Part shown: in pieces, positions 6,607 through 12,050 of the stretch
Layout: the number at the start of each line of letters is the position of its first letter
Position numbering within the stretch: the stretch's first letter is position 1
Origin: Planctomycetales bacterium
GTDB lineage: Bacteria > 4484-113
Direction of reading: 5' to 3'
DNA length: 12,050 nucleotides
Assembly: GCA_037445915.1 (NCBI GenBank)
Contig: JBBIJQ010000056.1
Coordinates: 1-12,050, forward strand
Program-made: the position numbers and the translations under genes
Notes under the pieces: model-generated
Told to the model about the DNA's origin: nothing
The model's input: the letters and a program-made list of their open reading frames with translations, nothing else
Databases searched by the model: none

Positions 6607-6634
6607 GAGGGCCCGGCAATCAAGCCAGGCCCTC
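6607..6634 (-). terminator. GC-rich hairpin after the giant gene; probable intrinsic terminator
   Basis: Minus strand GAGGGCCUGGC-UUGAUU-GCCGGGCCCUC (11 bp; one U-G pair that would be a C-A mismatch on +), 31 nt after the TAG. Followed by a weak tail GCUGCUUAACUU. Confidence 0.65.
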
Positions 6635-6665
6635 TAGCTTGTTCAAGCTCTGTCTCTGCCGGGAG

Positions 6666-9600
6666 CTATGTGCCGCCTCCGGCGAAACTATCCGAGTAAA
6701 CCACTTCGTAAGCATTGCGGTTGCTCGTGCTGCTGTTCACAGCGGTTGGGTCGCGCCTTTGGGTGCGCATCTTCCCGAGGTCAAGCACCTGCTCAATGAC
6801 TCGGTCGCGTGAAATTTGGTCTGCAGCAACAGGCGTAGCCGACGCGCCGCCAGAGACGCTTACACCGCCGATGCCGGTCACGCGGAATGTATAGCTGCGG
6901 GTAGTGACATAGGGCGCGATGTCGTCAAGGTAGTTGGCGATTACCTTGTATTCATTGTTCAGCGAGTCCCAAATCTCCGCATAACGGAAGAGCGAGGGGC
7001 CACTTGGGGTGCGGATTTGCGTGGAGAAGCCGTTCCCGTCAACTTCAACATTGTCGCGGTTGCCGTCGCCGTTAGTGTCTTCCACATTGAACGTGCGCGG
7101 CTCGTCTTCCATCAAGTCTGCATACATCGCGTCGTTCATCACGCCAATGACTTTGAAGAGGTCAAACAGCGACTGGAACGGCGGGTTCGGGATGAAGGTG
7201 AATGCGGTTTCCCCGCCGCTGTATAGCAGCGCGATTCTGTCTCTTGCATCGGCTCGGGTTTCCCCGGCTTCGGCGTCATAAGTGAAATACTGCCTCGAGT
7301 CAAATCCGCGCCGTTCGTCAACGGCCATCGGGTCAAGGCCATTCAGCGTAGTGCTGTTGTCCAGCGTGTCGTTGAGATACTTGGCGTAGCTCTCGGCGGA
7401 CTCTGTCGAGAACCGCCCGCGCACTACTGCGATATCCGAGGTTGCATAGAACTGGAGTCTTGAATCGCCGCGGTCAAGGTTGTAGTAGATGCCCCGGAAG
7501 TTATCCCACGAGTTGCGAACATTGTTGTCGCCCTGGTCGGGCCATATGTCATCGCGCTGCCCCGGGTCGGGATAATCGTCGGAGCGCGGGTTCACGCCGT
7601 CCCACGGGCCAATGACCGGCAAGTGGTCGACTCTGATATCGCCGCTTGCATACGGGTCGATGCCTGCACCGTGGGTATATTCGTAGCCACCTGGAGTATT
7701 GGAAGTTTCAGGCTTGTATGCGTCGTAGTAAGCGTTGCGGTATTCAACTACCGCACGGGCAAGGGCGTTCGCCTCGCTGCGTGTAATGTATTCGTCGTTC
7801 TCGTAATCACGGTCGCCGCGGCTGTAGGTAGTGCCATCCTCCATGAAATACGCGCGGTGCTTGATGATTTTGCTAAACAGCGCAGCGAGGACTTCTTCGG
7901 ACGCAGTGTTGATGTTGACGCGGCCCATAGTATAGGTATCGTAGAAGTCAACCGGCGTGTTCGTCTGCGGGTCGCTCAGGTAGCTTAGGTCAAACATCGG
8001 CGCAGCCGCCGGGTCTTTCGCCGCCATGAATCCAGGCGAGAGGAAGCTCGGGTTCGGGTCAACCGTCAGCAGGTCGCCGAAGACCTGGACATCTGCTTCG
8101 CGCAAGCGGTATTCGTTAGTGTCCGAGTAAGGCCTGTAAAGCGGGTCAACCCAGATGCGCGCTGCATGCAGCGGCCTGCCGTCGCGGTCGCGGCGCACCT
8201 TCGGCGTCGTATCGCCGTAGGACTGAGGGGTCAGGTAGCCCGCAGCATATACTTGCTGCTGCGAAATTGCGAATTCACCGGAACCGTCAGTCGCTGTGAC
8301 GATGACATAGTAGTTGCCCGCGTAGGGGACATACAGGTATACCGGGTCGTAAACCTCGCCCACGTCGCCGTTCATCATTACCCCGTCGGCTCCGTATGGG
8401 TTGATGATGGTCGTGCGCGTGTCGCGGAACTGCATGTCAACCAGGCTGCCTTCGCTTGATATCAGCGCAATCGTCACGAAGTAGTCGGAACTCTGGTTGA
8501 ACAGCCCAGCAAGGTTGCTAGCCGGCCCGGAAGTGACGAGGTTGCCCAGGCTGCTGCCGCCGAATTTGCGGCCGCCTGCGATTGCGTAGTTCACCGCAAC
8601 GCGGAAGTTGTTCCATCCGCTTGACGGCGAAACGAGCGAAGTGATGTGCAGCGGAAGCCGCTCGCCGACAAGCACTTTCTGAGTGGCATTGGATGGGGAA
8701 GTTACGCTGTTGATTATGTCGCCGTTGGCGTCAATCACGTTGATGGTTGGATTTACTCCGTCCTCAGGGTCGTCATAGCGGCCATTGGCGGGCGACGATC
8801 GATCCATCCACACTCTCGTGTAAGCGTGCTCAAACGGTGTGTAGCGCCCCGATGTGGTCACGCTGGCTGTCAGGCCCGGCGCGTCGGGGTCGTTGTAGTT
8901 AATGGTGATGTTGTATGGCGGACGCCCGCCGTCAATATAGACGACGAACCGGACGCGCTCGTTAACCGCAACCGCAGGCGGCATCGCCATTAGCTGCGCG
9001 TTAAGCGGGGCTTCCTCTACTGTGATTGTGCGCGGCCTAGTCACGATGAAACTGCCCGCCGAATCAAACGCGGTCAGGACTATTCGGTATGTGCCGGAAA
9101 CGCTCCCAGCCAGCTCGTCCGCAGCATCGGTGGATGGCACGAACACCGGGTTAGGCGCGAAGTGCTGGTTTATATCGCTGAAGAATATCGGCGTGCCGCT
9201 ATCAACATGAATAATGTCCCAGCGGTAGTTGTAAGGCGAAGCGCCGCCGGTTACGAAAGACTCTAGGCTGAAGCCCTGTGTAGTCACTCCGGCGAGCGGG
9301 TCAATGAATGTGTCCGCGGCGAGCGGAAGCGGGCTGGACGAGCCTGCACCACGGTTTCCGCCGACGAACACGGCTTGCGAGTCAAAGGCGTAGGAAACCT
9401 CAGTTCCCGCAGGCGGGTTGTCGCGCACTAGCGCGGCTGCTGTGTAAACACCACGGTTGGCTTCAATGTTGACGCCTATGTCAATGAACTGGAACCACAC
9501 GCCGGGCAGGCTTGTCGGGTACGAGTTAATCGCGCCGGGGTTGAGAAGGTTTAAGCCGTTGGCGGCGGTAACCCTTGTGTGGGTCTGCGGGTTATAGAAC

Positions 9601-12050
9601 CCTTGGCCGCCAATTTCAAAGAAGCCGTCGGTATTGAGGTCGGCCCAGTACTGCATATCGCTGCCCTGGCCGTTGATGCCGGTCAGCGTAAAGATGGTGT
9701 TGCCAGGCGTGTTGGACAGGAGGTAAGGATTCTCCGTCGCGAGGTAGCCAGCCACGTTGTCCATCGGGTTAAGGCCGCTGGGGATATAGATTGTGTCGCT
9801 TGCTTGGATGGAGTTCGTTACACCTGTCGTGATGTCGTAGTCCTGGCCATAAACGGTCAGCGCGATGAGGTGGCCGGTATCATTGCCCAGCGTGGGCAGG
9901 CTCAAAGTGGATAGGACATTGCTCACGTCAACCGTGGGTAGCGGGGCCGGCATAGGCAGAGAAAAGCTCTGAGTGGACACGCTGTTGTCGTTGTAAGTGA
10001 CAAGAAGGTTGCCGGACACCCGCAGCGTGCCTCTGCTGTAACTGCCAACGGCGCCGTAGTTCCATCCAGCGAAGCCGTTGATATGGCTTGCATAAAGCTC
10101 TGTAGATATCTGCGAAACCGGGATGTTGTGAACTACGTCAGGCGTTCCTTCGCCGGTGAAGTCCCAGCTAAAGGTGACCGGAGCGTCCGGCATCCCGTCG
10201 CCGTTGGTGTCGCGGTCATCAACCTGAATGTTGGATACATTCGGGTTGGTTGTCGTGAAGTTGAAGCCTAGGTTCGCGTAGTACTTCACCGGCACGTTAG
10301 GGCTGACAAAGCGCCCGTCCGCGCTGATGGAAGAGCTTACGCTGAAGTTAACAGGCCCCGGCGTAACCCAAGTGCCTTGCGCGACGAAGGATGGGTCAAT
10401 CTGGTAACGCTGCCATGGGTTGGCGTTGTTAGAAAGGCGCACATAGAAAGTGCCGGCCGGGACGTCAAGTGCCGTGCCAACTATGGCCGCCCAATCGTTC
10501 TGCCGGATGGTTGCCGTGGAAATCGGCGCGAGCGCCGCGTTATAAAGCGTCGCATAGACTTCCTCGCCAGGCCCTGTGTCTATCGCTTGGATGAGCAAGT
10601 TAAGAGTGCCAGTAGCCGTCGTTGTAAGAACATACCAATCTAAGGGGTCTGTGCTTTGGCGGACACGGCCGGTGAATGGGAATGCGTCGCGGTCTGGATC
10701 GTAGTCAATCGGCATCACATTGGCTGTTGCGCTCGTATCATTAGGCTCCGCCTCCCAGAAAGTGTTGCCCGGATTCGGCGAGTAGGTCGCTTCAAGCTCG
10801 TAAGTCTGCGCGCTGTTGCCGCTGATGCGGACGTAGTAGGTTCCAGCAGGAGAGTTGCGGTCAGTCGTCGCAAACGTGCTATTGCCGCCGGCGACGATCT
10901 GGCTGGTGTCTATAAGCGTCATTGCCTGGTTGAAAAGATCAATCCGCAGCTGGTTAGTGCCTGTGATGGTAAAACACTGAAGCAGCATGCTCATGCAGCC
11001 GGCCTGCGGGAAGTCCAGCCGGTACCAGTCAACATCCGCTGCGTTAGAAGTGCGGCCTGTCCGGGTAGCGCCGTCTGTGAACGGGTCGTAGTCAACCGGC
11101 ATAATGTTAGCGGTTGCGCTAGTGTTATTAGGCTCGGTCTCCCAGAATGTAGGTTGCGCCGGCGGAGGGGCGCTGGTTAGCAGCGCGTAGCGCCCGTTGC
11201 CGTCAACATTCCACCGATACTTCAAGCCGTATGCGGATGTTATGCCGCCCGTGTAGGAGCGGACATCAAGCCCCATGCCGGGCAGCGGGTAGCGGTCGGA
11301 ATACATCGGCTGGAGACTCACATTCATCCCGTAAGCGTTAGCCGTGTTATTCGCGCTGTCCATTAACGGGCGAAGGTCGCGGATCTGGATTAGCTGGTGG
11401 GAAACGGCAACCTTATTGTTGCGCAGGTCTGTAACAATCAGCGTCGCATTATAGTTGCCAAAGCCGTCGTTGGCGTAATCATACTGGAGGGAGGGCATCT
11501 GCTGGTAGCTGATGATGCCAGGCGAGCCGCTCATGCGCGTGGTGTCCGCGCGGGCGTCAATAATGCCGTCGCCCTGGAAGTCCACTTCCATCCGGTAGTT
11601 ATGCGTGATGTCCGGGATAACGGAAGCAATCGCGTCAAACGAGACTAGGAAGTGCGTCTGAAAGAGCGCCCGGCCGCTAACGCCGCCGTTGCCGCCGTCA
11701 AGAGTCTTGACTGTAAGCCACCCTGTTCGCGCGTCAGCAGGAACTACGACGCTCATAATCTGGCGCGCCGGCGCAGGCCCGGTGTAGCTTGGGTCTAGGA
11801 TTGGCGGATTGGTCGGCGAAGTCGTCGCGCCGCCGCCGAAGGTAACAAAGTTGTGATGCGGGTGCGGATCAAAGTTGTAGCCATAAATCTGGATGGTTGA
11901 GCCTGCGCCTGCAACCTCGGGGACAATCGGAGGAACGCCCGGGGCTGTGCTAAGGCGGGGCTGCGGGCCTGAACCTGTGATTAGCGGTATATGGCTGTTG
12001 TCGGCAATTGAATCTTTGCCGTTGCCCGGAGGAATCGCAGCCAGGGTCGC
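6666..12050 (-). CDS. Giant (>=1794 aa, 5'-truncated) secreted multidomain protein: IPT/TIG, PKD-like and 2x PPC-like modules plus a GspK-like pseudopilin C-terminus
   Basis: The frame of the 1696-aa ORF stays open from 11756 to 12050 (ATLAAIPPGNGKDSIADNSHIPLITGSGPQPRLSTAPGVPPIVPEVAGAGSTIQIYGYNFDPHPHHNFVTFGGG..QIMSVVVP), so the true start is outside the window. IPT motif; PKD-type motifs (GGASPYNYRW..GTYRIVLTAFDSAG; GNYNATLIVTD); two EPN-type PPC modules; C-terminal GRVNINTASEEVLAAL..ALARAVVEYR..PFQSLFDL..PYVTTRSYTFRVTG..RVIEQVLDL. Confidence 0.85.
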   Translation of the reverse strand, partial: ATLAAIPPGNGKDSIADNSHIPLITGSGPQPRLSTAPGVPPIVPEVAGAGSTIQIYGYNFDPHPHHNFVTFGGGATTSPTNPPILDPSYTGPAPARQIMSVVVPADARTGWLTVKTLDGGNGGVSGRALFQTHFLVSFDAIASVIPDITHNYRMEVDFQGDGIIDARADTTRMSGSPGIISYQQMPSLQYDYANDGFGNYNATLIVTDLRNNKVAVSHQLIQIRDLRPLMDSANNTANAYGMNVSLQPMYSDRYPLPGMGLDVRSYTGGITSAYGLKYRWNVDGNGRYALLTSAPPPAQPTFWETEPNNTSATANIMPVDYDPFTDGATRTGRTSNAADVDWYRLDFPQAGCMSMLLQCFTITGTNQLRIDLFNQAMTLIDTSQIVAGGNSTFATTDRNSPAGTYYVRISGNSAQTYELEATYSPNPGNTFWEAEPNDTSATANVMPIDYDPDRDAFPFTGRVRQSTDPLDWYVLTTTATGTLNLLIQAIDTGPGEEVYATLYNAALAPISTATIRQNDWAAIVGTALDVPAGTFYVRLSNNANPWQRYQIDPSFVAQGTWVTPGPVNFSVSSSISADGRFVSPNVPVKYYANLGFNFTTTNPNVSNIQVDDRDTNGDGMPDAPVTFSWDFTGEGTPDVVHNIPVSQISTELYASHINGFAGWNYGAVGSYSRGTLRVSGNLLVTYNDNSVSTQSFSLPMPAPLPTVDVSNVLSTLSLPTLGNDTGHLIALTVYGQDYDITTGVTNSIQASDTIYIPSGLNPMDNVAGYLATENPYLLSNTPGNTIFTLTGINGQGSDMQYWADLNTDGFFEIGGQGFYNPQTHTRVTAANGLNLLNPGAINSYPTSLPGVWFQFIDIGVNIEANRGVYTAAALVRDNPPAGTEVSYAFDSQAVFVGGNRGAGSSSPLPLAADTFIDPLAGVTTQGFSLESFVTGGASPYNYRWDIIHVDSGTPIFFSDINQHFAPNPVFVPSTDAADELAGSVSGTYRIVLTAFDSAGSFIVTRPRTITVEEAPLNAQLMAMPPAVAVNERVRFVVYIDGGRPPYNITINYNDPDAPGLTASVTTSGRYTPFEHAYTRVWMDRSSPANGRYDDPEDGVNPTINVIDANGDIINSVTSPSNATQKVLVGERLPLHITSLVSPSSGWNNFRVAVNYAIAGGRKFGGSSLGNLVTSGPASNLAGLFNQSSDYFVTIALISSEGSLVDMQFRDTRTTIINPYGADGVMMNGDVGEVYDPVYLYVPYAGNYYVIVTATDGSGEFAISQQQVYAAGYLTPQSYGDTTPKVRRDRDGRPLHAARIWVDPLYRPYSDTNEYRLREADVQVFGDLLTVDPNPSFLSPGFMAAKDPAAAPMFDLSYLSDPQTNTPVDFYDTYTMGRVNINTASEEVLAALFSKIIKHRAYFMEDGTTYSRGDRDYENDEYITRSEANALARAVVEYRNAYYDAYKPETSNTPGGYEYTHGAGIDPYASGDIRVDHLPVIGPWDGVNPRSDDYPDPGQRDDIWPDQGDNNVRNSWDNFRGIYYNLDRGDSRLQFYATSDIAVVRGRFSTESAESYAKYLNDTLDNSTTLNGLDPMAVDERRGFDSRQYFTYDAEAGETRADARDRIALLYSGGETAFTFIPNPPFQSLFDLFKVIGVMNDAMYADLMEDEPRTFNVEDTNGDGNRDNVEVDGNGFSTQIRTPSGPSLFRYAEIWDSLNNEYKVIANYLDDIAPYVTTRSYTFRVTGIGGVSVSGGASATPVAADQISRDRVIEQVLDLGKMRTQRRDPTAVNSSTSNRNAYEVVYSDSFAGGGT
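10380..11147 (-). repeat. Tandem duplicated ~129-aa PPC-like (pre-peptidase C-terminal type) module
   Basis: FWETEPNNTSATANIMPVDYDP..GR..DVDWYRL..PAGTYYVRIS starts at 11147 and FWEAEPNDTSATANVMPIDYDP..GR..PLDWYVL..PAGTFYVRLS starts at 10760 (387-nt period). DNA similarity is still visible at the unit starts. Confidence 0.85.

Noticed and set aside
6636-6649. Small palindrome AGCTT-GTTC-AAGCT
   Set aside because: A 5-bp stem of low stability that could be chance or merely accessory to the adjacent hairpin.
7870-7925. ComEA-type DNA-binding HhH (VNINTAS)
   Set aside because: It lacks the LPGIG hairpin and is followed by the TTRSYTFRV and RVIEQV strands, which fit GspK better.
801-11648. Numerous + strand and alternative-frame ORFs in the track (e.g. 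3402-4232, 10656-11180, 2490-2885)
   Set aside because: All overlap well-supported minus-strand genes and show no recognisable motifs. They are typical shadow ORFs of GC-rich DNA.
11754-11756. ATG 11756 as the start of the giant gene
   Set aside because: No SD or signal peptide, it falls in the middle of an IPT domain, and the frame is open to the window end.

Overview
A GC-rich diderm bacterial region in which all five real genes lie on the minus strand and encode a type IV filament (T4P/T2SS superfamily) machine. In transcription order: (1) the 3' part (>=1794 aa, open to the window edge) of a giant secreted protein with IPT/TIG, PKD-like and two PPC-type modules and a GspK-like (minor pseudopilin) C-terminus; (2) a GC-rich hairpin, a near-consensus sigma70 promoter and a structured ~122-nt leader; (3) a 1057-aa PilQ-type secretin with three AMIN-like domains and a long Gly/Asn loop in N3; (4) a PilM-PilN fusion whose actin-like nucleotide motifs are degenerate; (5) a PilO-like protein; (6) the 5' part of a membrane-anchored Pro/Gly-rich protein in the PilP/PilW/GspC position. 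The main points of interest are the mixed T2SS/T4aP character, the giant GspK-adhesin, the Q-MN-O-P order and an SD/anti-SD hairpin at the secretin start. All family calls come from motif recognition by eye; no database searches were run.
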